From Epithemia pelagica (Eukaryota; Protista; Bacillariophyta), in contig OX337237.1 in NCBI GenBank assembly GCA_946965045.2, positions 3,100,001 through 3,164,000 of the forward strand: DNA of 64,000 nt. Direction: 5' to 3'. A program made the position numbers and the translations under genes. The notes beneath the pieces were generated by a model that was not told where the DNA came from, ran no database searches, and worked only from the letters and a program-made list of their open reading frames with translations. Positions within the stretch are counted from its first letter, which is position 1. Every line of letters begins with the position of its first letter. Below, piece after piece: positions 51,229-62,130 of the stretch.

Positions 51229-53567
51229 ATGACGTTTGAGTGGGGAGGAACTCCGGATTCTTCACCTTCTGTGGGGTCGTCAGGTGAGTCGAGTGTTAGT
51301 GGCAGTGTGACCGGGGGGGGGGGAGCCTTCGTTCGGGTTCTCTCTTCGGTGTCGTTCGGTTTGATCAGTCTTCTTTCGAGACTGTATGTCGAGGGTTCGT
51401 GGGCGCTGGGCAGCGCGTGTGTGTTCGGCCAGAATGTTCCATCGCGTCGCATTCGCAACGCAAGCAAGACTGGGCTTCTCTGTTTGGAGATGAGACCACT
51501 GGGGTTTTTATCCGTGGTACAAGTGGGTCTGCATCTTCTGATGCATTGGGCACCGTCTTCTGTACACCTGTCCTAGCCGGCTCCTGTTTGCGCGGAATTG
51601 ATTGGACTGAGATGGAGTTAAGCCCCCGAAGCTTAGAAAGTTGGCAAGCAACGTTTTCTACTCTACAGAAGGCTGCTTCCGAGTCTGAGGACGGAGTGGA
51701 TCCAACCATGGCGGCGCTGGTGATGGAGTCAACCAAGACGGCGGTGGATTTCACTATGACGCCGGGAAGGAAGCGGCAAGCCGTCGTGGTCGAAACAGTG
51801 TCGGAGGAGGATGAAGACCTAACCACTGTCAGGACCCCCAAGATGAAACGACGGGAGATGCCGTGGAATGAGGTGCCCCTTGACATTGGCAACTCACAGC
51901 CCACTCCCACGGTGAAGGTCTTGCAGAGTGGTGCATGGAGTAGTTTGGTGGAGAATGTAAATTTGTTGCGAGAAAATCATGACCGAGAAGTTTCGGATTG
52001 GCGTGAGGCAGAAGTAACGCTGGAGGAACAACTGGAGAAGATGCAAGTCAAGGTGTCAGTGTTGCACGAACTGTTGGGCAAGCGCCCAGAGCAGTTTGGG
52101 ACACGGTCCGCTTTTCAGTTGTTGGAGGTTATCATGACCACTGTATACGCATTGGAACAGATGGTGTTGGAACGGACGACGGATCGCAAACCACCCACGA
52201 ATGTCGAGGACAGAATGAACAAGCTGGATAGTCAAGTCCAAGAACTATCAAGCCGTCTCAAGAGTTCGGTTCGTGCAGAATTAAATGGTTTTCTGGGCGA
52301 TGATTCGACCGAATTTTGCAGGCAGTTTGTGAATCCCACGCTCACTTTGTTATCGAAGTCGTCGGCCTCGAATGCCAATCCAGGAGGCAAGTGGGAGCAG
52401 TTGCTTGAGAAGTTGCAGGACAGAATGAAGTCGTTGGAAAAGAAGGTTCTGCGAACCACAAGTGTAGATTCGACCAGCAGGTCTGGGGGTAGCATGTTTT
52501 CCTGGTCGTCAGTCGGACCGGATGTGGACAGTCAAGCAGCGAGTCGGTCTGGTTCGTCGACAGGAGTTGGAGTCAGATTCGAAGATTCCGTGGCCGATGG
52601 GGCTCGGAATGATATTTCAATGCTGAAAGAAGAGTTGCGTCAGATGCGTGCCAAACTGCACGACTTGCAGCAACAGGCGGATTCAGATTCAATCACCATT
52701 GGGTCGCTTGTTTTTCCGTCAAGGGCCCATTGTGTGACTTGGTTAGCCTTGCACAATGCAACGGCCGATCCACATGTCTTTGTGGACGCAATATCTCTAT
52801 TGTCACTTGCAACCTCCGATGCCAGTCCTGACGAGGAGAAAGCGGCCAATCAGCGAGCGACGACAGCCAAGGTTCGCGATAAGACGCCATATCACACAGC
52901 GTTTATCGCGTCGTTTAACTTGGAGGTCCCGCCATTGCTTGGCAAAGGCTCCGATCAGTCGACGACTACAAATTCGAGAGCTTTGGGCGGTGTACCCAAG
53001 TTTGAAGATTTTCATCCTCCGTCGGGCCGCGAAGGTATCCACCAACGCATATTGGATCATGTAAAGGATGGCTCTTTGACAATTCAACAGGCGGTGGGAG
53101 AGTTGTTTGCGTTTGGTACCGAACCATCCAGTGTGGCCAAGGAGTTGCTGCTGTTAAGCAAAACCTTTTGGGATGAACTGTGTCATTGGATGGTTCGGTA
53201 TCATGCACAGGTGCAGGCCGAAAGCGAGGCGAGCGAGCAAGAGGTGTGGATATTGATATCCCATTGCGTCCGTGCCGTTTTTAAGAGTTTGCGTGAAGCA
53301 AGAGCACCGGGAAGAGCATGCAATACCCCTGGTGGAATGTTATGGGGGACTCTTAAGGCTCACGAAGTGATGAAGGAATATCGTTTGGCGGATTTCAGCG
53401 GTCATCCTAAGATCGCTCTTATTTTACATGAACACCTAATTCGGTTTGCGACGCCTCGCTCAAAGTTTGATTGGTTACAGGCGACTATCAACGAGAGGCT
53501 AGATAAGATGCAAAGGTCGATCAATCAGGCAGTGTCGTCGGCGAATAAAGCGGGAAAGAAGGCGTGA
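51229..53567 (+). pseudogene. YR element 2 ORF1 (gag-like), one frameshift in a G run
   Basis: ATG at 51229. G11 at 51313-51323 (G12 in copy 1) shifts the frame; the rest is open to TGA 53565-53567. Confidence 0.85.
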
Positions 53568-53627
53568 TTGGGCAAGGAGGAGCGACGGAGCTCCACTTTG
53601 GATCGAAAGCGAAAGCTGATAGATGCA

Positions 53628-56600
53628 ATGGAGATAGAGAGTTCGGAGAAGGAGGTGGCGAAAGATGATTGTTTAGTGACCCGTGAATTTAAGGATTACT
53701 TAGCATGACGTGCATCCCATGACGTTCAGGATGGTGTCGCCGAGAAAATTGTGTCGTGGCTGAATGTAGGTAAGGGACAGAGTCAAATTGGTTTGGTGAG
53801 TGTGGGTACCCCCTTTTGGTATTGGGCGGTATCTCCATTGGGCGATGTGGTGTGGATTGATGTAAAGGAGAAACAGAGGTTGATGGGAGAAACAGGAGCG
53901 AAGGATTGGATGAAGAAATCGCTGGAACCTCGACAATTTCAGACGAGAAATCGAGGGGCCAAGAAACAGCGATTCGTGAAAGAGGAGGTGAATTGGAATG
54001 ATCGAGCTCCGGTGGACATCATATTTTTCGACAAAGGAATTTCACCAGGTCCAGAGCATCCGGTGTGGAAACATGATTCCGTGCGGTTGGTTTTTTGGGT
54101 TGGTGGTCGAAAGAACGGTGGTCCTCCAGAGAGACTGATTGACGATTGGAAGAGAGGCGTGATGAAATTGGCCCACAATGAGTTGGGAGGAGTCACCACC
54201 CTGGAATCTTGGATTCATGTGGCGGAGCGACGGGAAATGCGAAGAGATTCAACTTGCAAGACGTTGTCGTTCGTTGATTGTTGGGGCGACTACCTTGAGG
54301 CTGGTTTGCAACATACCACGTTTCGAGGTATTGTGGATCCCACGGTCTCGGGGAGAGAAAGTTCGTTCAAGGAGGTTGAAGAATCCAAGAAGCTGGGTGG
54401 TGGTTCAATTTTGGAACGCAAGATGGATTGGAAGAAGGATGTTGGAAAGGAGCATGTGCTCCCGAGTGTTTTTGGAGTGAGTTGTTACGTGAACCGACGG
54501 ATCTCGGCCAAGGAGTTGGCCGTGGTTCTTGATTTTCCAGCAGAGTTGCACAAGAATGGTACGGAGTCCGAGCTGCAACGATGGACGCGGGAAATCGAGG
54601 TTCCGTTCAAGAGTCGGGTTCAAGTTGTACGGTCGCTGAGTGGATGGATGGAAGATAGGGTGGAAGAAGGAAAGAAGGAACAAAGCAGAAAGCGAAAGTT
54701 GGAGGACGTTGCGGAGACATCGGTTGAGCTCGCGGAATGGGACACATCACGCATGACAGAGGAAGAGACTTTGTTCACTCCTCTTGATAGTGAAGGTGGC
54801 GGCTCGCTTAATACAGAAGAGCGTCGTGAGGATCGAAATCTCAAAGCAACTAAATCGGATGATGCAGCGATTCCGACTTACCTGTGGGATGATAGAGTGT
54901 GTGAACGCTTCGGGTTTACGAGCGTTGCGGATCGAACTCGTGCAATCAAGGCCTTGAACTCGATTCGGAAAGGGGCTTTACAATATTGGAAACGGTTGGT
55001 AGCGAGTGATTACTGGAGATGGTGGAGAATTCAGAGGTTCGATGAGACAACTGATGAGAGAGAAAGGACGAAGAAATCAGGGTTAGCAGCATTGGCACAT
55101 GCGGCACAGGCTTCATGGTGGGATTGGGATCATGGATCCTCACCTTTTTTCTGGCGAATGCCATGTTTGGAATGGATGGTGCAAATGCGCGATGGTGTGC
55201 CTCCAATGTGGATTGGAGAAGCACCCGCGTACCGAAGGAAACAACAAGCAAATACAGATGAGAAAATGAGAGCGTGCGAAAAGAAGAAAATTGCGAAGGT
55301 TCGGCATCGAGGATATATTGCTCCAACGGCAAACATCAAGAGCCTTACCAGTTTCTTCTCCGTTCCAAAGGGAGAAGACGATATTCGCATGGTGTACGAC
55401 GGCACCAAGAGTGGATTGAATAAATCCCTCTTTGCGCCGTGGTTTGGACTCGGTAACGTCAATTCAATGTTGCGTACAGTTGAGCCGAAGACTTGGTCTG
55501 CCGACAATGACTTTGGCGAGATGTTTCTTAATTTCTGGGTGCACCCAGATCTCCGGCAGTACACCGGAATTGATATCACGGAGTTGTTTCCTGAAGAGTT
55601 GGCAAGAAAACATGGAAAGACACGAATTTGGGAGGCGTGGACCCGTTGTGCTATGGGTTTGACAACATCGCCGTACCAATCAACCATGTTTGCGCAAAGA
55701 GTAAAGAGAATTGTTTTTGGAGACAAGTCAGACCCAAAGAATATTTTTGGTTGGGTCGATGTGCGAGTAAACTTACCAGGAGATGAGCAATACGATCCAT
55801 CCCTGCCCTGGTTGAGCAAGATTCGAGCAAATGGGGATATAGCAGCCGACGTGCATCCCTATGTCGACGATCTTCGGGAAACAGCGCCAACAGAAGAGGA
55901 AGCTTGGCAAGCAGCCAGTCAAATGGCAAAAGGCTCTGCACATTTTGGTTTGCAGGACGCCGCCAGAAAGCGACGGGAACCAAGTAAAACCCCTGGTGCC
56001 TGGGCTGGAGCGGTGGTGGAAGCCTCCGACAAAGGAGAAGTTTACAAAACAGTCTCTCAAGAGCGTTGGAACAAAACGCGAAACCACATCAAGAGGCTAA
56101 AGGAGTGGGCCGATGATGGTGGATTGGTGGATCGAAAGGAACTGGAGAGGATAAGGGGGTTCTTGGTGTATGTGTCCTTGACGTTTGACGTCATGGTGCC
56201 ATACTTGAAGGGAATTCACCTGACGATGGAATCCTGGAGGGATGATAGAGATGATGAGGGATGGCGATTGCCTGTGAAGGACAGAAGGAAGAGAGAGGAG
56301 CGCCGAGAGGGATCATTGCTTCCACCCAAAATGGTGGAACAAGCACCTCGGTTCAAGGACGACGTTGAAGCTTTGGCCCGATTGACACGGAGCGAGAAAC
56401 CACCGAGGATTCTGGCGCGCCCCACCAGTGGAGCTAGTGTTGCAATGATTTTCGCGGACGCTTCTGGAGAAGTCTTTGGATCGTCCTTGTGGTTATATGG
56501 GACGAATCGAGTAGAGACGGAACATGGACTGTGGACACGTGAATATGGTTCACGGTCGTCAAACTACCGTGAATTGTACAATCTGGTTTTGCGCTTGGAG

Positions 56601-57381
56601 GCCCTTGTCCGTGACGGGACGGTACCGAGAGGAACCAAGGTTTACATGTTCACCAATAATTCGACGGCAGAGTCTGCCTTCTACCGAGGGACTTCGTCAT
56701 CAAAGCTTTTGTTTGAGTTGGTATTGAGGACCAAGAAGTTGGAGATGGAGGGACATGTTTTCGTTCGCGTCGTCTGGGTAGCAGGGACGCGCATGATTGA
56801 GCAGGGCACTGACGGTCTGTCGCGAAGGGATCTGATGGCCGGTGTTATGGCTGAGCAAATATGCTTCTGTATGTGCCATTGAATAAATCAGTGGTGGATC
56901 GACAGGACGATGTGATACAATGGTTGAAGGAATGTGCTCGAAGACACACTTGGAAGTTACTGAAAATCCACAAATGGTTCGATGAAGCGTTTGAAGCAGG
57001 GAATTTCATTTGGGATCCACCACCGGCAATAGCTGATATCGCAGTCGACTTGATGTGCGAAGCAAGGCACATCCGAACACACACAGCCCACATCTTTGTC
57101 TGCCCAGCGCTTATGACAAATCGCTGGCGGAAGAAGCTGGGGAAAATTGCTGACTTCGTTTTTACTGTGCCCGTTGGGTCGTCATTGTGGTCCAAATCTC
57201 AACATGAACCTTTGATTGTTGCATTCGTTTGCCCTTTTTTGTGTAGTTTACCTTGGCGGGTCAAAAGAGCCGACGTCTTACTGGACAGAGTGGAAGGGCA
57301 ATTGCATGGCTTGTGGTCATCCGGTGCAGCCGCTGTCAGGGATCTGCTGCGCGAATTATCGGAATTCACGGGGACGTCTAG
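53628..57381 (+). pseudogene. YR element 2 ORF2: MTase-like region, RT, RNase H, MT-like domain
   Basis: YVDDLRE, IFADASG, SSNYRELYNLV, FTNNST, GTDGLSR, IWDPPPAIA. Premature TGA at 53706 and 1-nt deletions near 56853 and 57374. Confidence 0.88.
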
Positions 57382-58791
57382 GGTTTGTCAGGGAATATGG
57401 CACGCGGCCTGTTACAAACAGTCCGAACATGACAAGTTTCCTGTGTACGAGGCGGCTGATCTCGATGATGCTTTATTGGATGGAGAACTGCACGGAGAGA
57501 TGGAAGATGATGACAAAAGGTTTCAAGAAGCAAGAACGGGGGATGATTTGATGAATTGCTTCCAGTGCGACGACTGTGCGTTTTACAACATGCAGGAAGG
57601 TACCCTATCATGGAACACGACGCGGACTCATTGTTGATGCTTTGCATCCGCCGTGCAAATTTAGATGCATTTTGGTCAAGAGAGAGGACAACTGTGGAAA
57701 GAAATTGGCGTGAGATGAAGAGTTTGATTGCAACAAGCAAAACTATGGGTTTGCACAAACCGTTGCCCCAAAGAGGACCGTTTCGAATCGCAGACGACGT
57801 GGGCATGAATGTTGCGTGTGTAATGCTGATGAAGACCTTAAGAGATGGACGCAACTCGAAGCACATTCAATTCAAGTCTGCAAGAAAAGTGAGGTCAGCT
57901 GTTTCCAACTTCATGCACTCACTCCCTGGGGGCACTGGTCTGTCGACAGTTGCGCAAGGCGAAAGGGGAGGTCAATTTTTTAGTGCAAGTCCAACCAATT
58001 CATATTGGTTTCGACGTTTCATGTCTGGATGTCACAAGAGGATGGGTGACGTATGGTTGCCTGATCAAGCTGTCACTGTTGATGAAATCAAGGCTGGTCT
58101 AGCAATATTAGAGGAGGAGTGGTCAGGCGGTGCGGTGGGTCATCGCAAGACCGAGTTGGCACTTACCGGGGCCTTGGTGGTAGTTGGTTATGCTGCGGCA
58201 TTACGAGGCGAAGAGATTCCACAGATAGATGTGGGACTCATGCGCAAGTACTGGGAAGAGAGGTTGAACTACGAGAGAAAGAGGCACGTGCCTCTGGCTC
58301 TAGCTGGACGCTTTAAACAAACGTCTGGAACGTTTCGAATATTCATTCAACCCCTGGCCGATGTAACCTCATCAGGCATTGCGATAAGGACGTGGATTGA
58401 AAGAGCTATTCGTTGCCTGGACTCTGAGGGAGTAAAATCAGGCCCCATGTTTCGAACCGTAAAACGGCAAGGGAAAATCGCTCGAGCAACGGTTGGCGAT
58501 CTGGACAGTCTATTCCATCCCTTATGGAAACGAATCCAACATCGCCATCCCCAGCTGATTGTCGAATCAACAAAGATCGAAGATGTTTACAGTGCTCGGC
58601 GATCTTTTCGGCGAGGAGCAACAACGGAGGCTCAAAATCGTAACATCCCGGACGACATCATTCAAACCAACAATCGATGGAAGAAACATTTGAAGGGAAG
58701 GGGAATTTTGCCCTCAATGAGTATGATTGAACGATACTCTGATGCAAAGGCGTCAGTGGAATCGTTGGTGCGCTTCTCAGAGTTGATGTGA
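57216..58791 (+). pseudogene. YR element 2 tyrosine recombinase, two 1-nt frameshifts
   Basis: ALRGEE, GRFK, RSFRRGATT, NNRW and ERYSD. Frameshifts near 57374 and 57596 relative to copy 1. Confidence 0.88.
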
Positions 58792-58903
58792 GGTCGACTG
58801 GAGTCTGATGTCGGATATGGAAAGCAAAAGGGAATTAAGTGAGAAGGAAAGGAGGAAAAGTTACACAAAGGAGAAAGAAGAAAACTGAACTTACGAGAGT
58901 GAA

Positions 58904-59251
58904 GAACGACCGCACGGGGAGATGACTTGACTATACCCTTCGGGGAAATAGTCCAGGTCGCTTGTTGATTGTCTGCTTGCCTGGTGAAGATTGGGGATCC
59001 TCTCTCTACGTTTGAAGGTTTGGGCGTGGCAACCTGGACCGACAAGCATCCATGTCTTGCGAAGATATTTCGGAGGCATGGCCTTACTTTGTGAGGAAAT
59101 GAAGGGGGTTCGTTGATTGGATCCACACTCGCACGCAACAAACATGGTATTGCAGAGTCTGGAGATCTGCGACCGTGGAGCGATTCCGGATCCCTCCTGA
59201 ATTTGGAAATATTGGGTGGGGGGCCTATATCCCCACAGTGTTGGTTAAGTA
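58904..59251 (+). ncRNA. Conserved structured non-coding region 3' of the recombinase (copy 2)
   Basis: Homologue of 46587-46942; includes a C(TTCG)G-capped hairpin at 58921-58961. Confidence 0.55.
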
Positions 59252-59330
59252 TTATTTTAGTAGTTTAAGTTATGAAGAATGGATTGGGAACGATTGGGCT
59301 GCAATACCGAGACGCGTGAGGAAGAAGTAC

Positions 59331-59547
59331 CGCATCGTACCGCCCCCGGTCAAGAAGGGACCGACAGACGAACAAGGAAAGGTCATTGCACCCAAGAGTC
59401 TCCCAATGCAAGACAACGTCGGTTGGGCCGGTCATTCTATGACCGGTCCCAACAGAACTTTGACGATTCATAAATCGTCGGAAAGAAGAAGTGAACGGGT
59501 CATCAAGGATCTGATCACCCATTGGTTCCGTACATCTTTTTCTTTCG
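59331..59547 (+). repeat. Terminal direct repeat A2 of YR element 2
   Basis: Copy of 50961-51177. Confidence 0.92.
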
Positions 59548-59638
59548 CTTGTTTCATGTTCCATACTCTCCTCTTTCGATTGTCGATTCCCCTTTTCGAT
59601 TGACTCCACACCTCATTATTTGTTAAAAGAGGAGAAGA

Positions 59639-61441
59639 ATGGCATCGTCTTCTTTTTTCCCTTCTTCGTTTTCCATCCAGCCTTTGTTGGGCGCCAAAAG
59701 GAAGGACACGACCAAAAACCAACCAGAGGATCCTCTTAAACAACAACAACAACAACAACATGGCCGTTCTTGTCCTCATGCGGGGCGCTGGCTGATTCTT
59801 GCCGTGTTGGTGTGTCATGGTTGGGCCATGTCCTTTTGGGTCACCATAAACACAACGACAATAACCACTACTTCTCGGGACGACCCACAGCAGCGACAGC
59901 AACACAAACAACAACAACAAGAACGCTCCATCCTCCCCAACGCGAGCCTAATCGGACGACAAGGACCACCACAACAAGGAGAACCGCGAATGGATGTCCA
60001 ACCAAAAAGAGGAGAACCAAAACAGGAACAACAACCGCCACAGCCTTTGGTCCAATCGAACAACGTAACGAAGAAAGAAGAACGAGTAACCATTCAGCAG
60101 TCGACAAACAGCAGTTCCTCCAGAGCAACGACGACTCTTTTCTCAACGGGCGAGTCGACTCTTCATCCCTGGTTGAATCGAACATTGACCATGGTCGTTC
60201 GGATGAACAGCGGACTGAATAATCAGCTACTGTTCATGGCGCAGGCTCGTCAGATCCAACAAACTCTCCAAGCTGCCTTGCCCGGTCTTTCCATTCGCTT
60301 GGTTGGACTCAAGACCAACTTGGTCCATGTTATTCAACAGTGCTTTCCTGGCTTGCGGACAATGGACTTTTCCAATTTTCTGCAGGACCGAAAACATTTT
60401 TGGCCTATTCGAGATGCTCAACGCAAGTGGCTATCCGGACGAAAGAACGGCGTACAATTGCACAATGTCAATCACCCGTCTCAAATTCAGTTGCTTCGAG
60501 ACTTGTTGAAAGAGCAGTACAAGGTTCAACAAGAGCTCCAACGTGGAATTCAAAACAACAACGCCACCCACGTTGCCCGCGTTCCCTTCTTGCCATCCTC
60601 GTTTCCCGACAATCCCTACTCAATACCTTACCTCGAGGTGTCAGATTTCATACCCTTATCCAGTATATTGCAAGATGCCGATTTGTACTACGACCTTCGT
60701 CACTGGTTGCGCATCGATCCATCCTGTTGTGCTCAGCTACCCTATGCCGATGAAACCGTTTTTCATTTTCGTAACTTTCTTACGGAATTTGAAGGTCGAA
60801 AGCCGCAGGGAGAGAGACAGGAGAGACTGAGATTAAATTTTCGGGAACTCACGCCCGACGATACCGCGCACTATTTGTTTGGTCCGCCGCCAACCTTGTC
60901 CCAACCAATGTCTAACAAGGACAACAACAGCAAACACAAAAATAACAAGAACCACAGTGCAAGTACTCGGATGGCTATTATCAGTCGTTATGCGAGAACG
61001 GCGACCCCCTATGTTCAAGCCTTGAAAGACCAGGGATGGGAGGTACGACTGATTCAGAATCATTCGGGAATTCAAGATTTCTGTTTCGCAATGTCTACAA
61101 AAGCCACATTTGTGGGTGTAGCACATTCCACCTTTGCCCAAATGGCCGGTTTATTGGGTAATGCCTCAACGGTACGATGGTATTATTTGAATTACACCAT
61201 GGGGGACCAGGGTCAATCATCAACTTCTTTTCATTACACCAATAAGGACCACAACCACTCGACATTGTCCACTTTGGGCTTGTTGGAACAAAAACGTACC
61301 TTCTTTCCCCTGTACCCCTCAGTGCAGGATTCTCCCCGACGAGAGTTTCGACAGGAACTCTTTCGTCCTTCCGGATTCATGACAGTTGAATCTTTGAAAC
61401 AAAAATCCAATGCTTTGTTAGCATCCAATCCGGAAAAATAA
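59639..61441 (+). CDS. Type II membrane glycosyltransferase, fucosyltransferase-like (GT11-like fold), 600 aa
   Basis: Same N-terminal TM module as 47374-49611. The catalytic part has SGLNNQL, VFHFRNF, IQDFCF and HSTFAQMAGLL, which resemble the alpha-1,2-fucosyltransferase superfamily motifs; the family assignment is inference. Confidence 0.62.
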   Translation: MASSSFFPSSFSIQPLLGAKRKDTTKNQPEDPLKQQQQQQHGRSCPHAGRWLILAVLVCHGWAMSFWVTINTTTITTTSRDDPQQRQQHKQQQQERSILPNASLIGRQGPPQQGEPRMDVQPKRGEPKQEQQPPQPLVQSNNVTKKEERVTIQQSTNSSSSRATTTLFSTGESTLHPWLNRTLTMVVRMNSGLNNQLLFMAQARQIQQTLQAALPGLSIRLVGLKTNLVHVIQQCFPGLRTMDFSNFLQDRKHFWPIRDAQRKWLSGRKNGVQLHNVNHPSQIQLLRDLLKEQYKVQQELQRGIQNNNATHVARVPFLPSSFPDNPYSIPYLEVSDFIPLSSILQDADLYYDLRHWLRIDPSCCAQLPYADETVFHFRNFLTEFEGRKPQGERQERLRLNFRELTPDDTAHYLFGPPPTLSQPMSNKDNNSKHKNNKNHSASTRMAIISRYARTATPYVQALKDQGWEVRLIQNHSGIQDFCFAMSTKATFVGVAHSTFAQMAGLLGNASTVRWYYLNYTMGDQGQSSTSFHYTNKDHNHSTLSTLGLLEQKRTFFPLYPSVQDSPRREFRQELFRPSGFMTVESLKQKSNALLASNPEK

Positions 61442-61470
61442 AATACTCGGGGCTGCAAAAGCTGTCGCAT

Positions 61471-62130
61471 TTGTACCTAGACCACACGGTCCTAAATCTA
61501 ACGAAACCATTCTATGCATTTGTCATTGGATCAATGAGTATCGTTCTTCTGTCTCAGGACGACTACCATGTCGTTGTAAAAGGCCAGCGATCGTTCCAAG
61601 GGGATATTGGTGCTTCGTTCGATTCAATATTTACAACCAGAAGGGTGTATGGGCCATCCCCTCAGATGCAGCATTTTCAAGATTTACATTGTTCCCTGCC
61701 CGATTGGGATTTGCAAATGACTGCTCATGCCTTGTACCGACCCCAACGATCGGCCTTGTACCGACCCCAACGATCGACTGCCTTGGGGACTCCGGTGGGA
61801 GTCAAGGCGTCCAGGGTACATCTACTTCCTTGGATGTACCACCCTATGTTCGATTGGTGTATTTGTCACCCTTTTTGTCGGGACAACAACAACCAGTCGT
61901 TGTACTACCGTCTCCAAATTCCCCACATTGAACCCGCGTGTCACTTGGTCCCAAATGTCGAGCGTGCCCGAAGCACCTTGGTACATTCGTTGAATTTGGA
62001 CGATCCACCCGAATCTCTGGTACCACGGTTTGGAGGAGGATACATCACATCGGACCTACCAACCAAACAGCCACAAACAATCATCTTCTCTCTCGTTTTC
62101 TCTCAAAAGCTAAGAGAGAGATTTCTTTAG
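61471..62130 (+). pseudogene. Degenerate remnant of a paralogue of the GT61-like gene (internal fragments and 3' end)
   Basis: 61883-62290 is clearly homologous to 49448-49870 (NNNQSLYY...IEPACH...VERARST.VHSLNLDDPPESL). 61681-61749 resembles 48598-48651. Contains a perfect 24-bp tandem duplication at 61729-61776. Confidence 0.55.

Larger units (their letters stand above)
50961..59547 (+). mobile_element. Tyrosine-recombinase (DIRS-order) retrotransposon copy 2, ~8.6 kb, a diverged relative of copy 1, nearly intact
   Basis: Same three-ORF layout; its own 217-bp direct repeats (50961-51177 and 59331-59547, four mismatches seen). Confidence 0.92.

Noticed and set aside
61729-61776. Short direct repeats as a CRISPR-like array
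   Set aside because: Two adjacent 24-bp copies with no spacer in a eukaryotic context; this is a simple tandem duplication.
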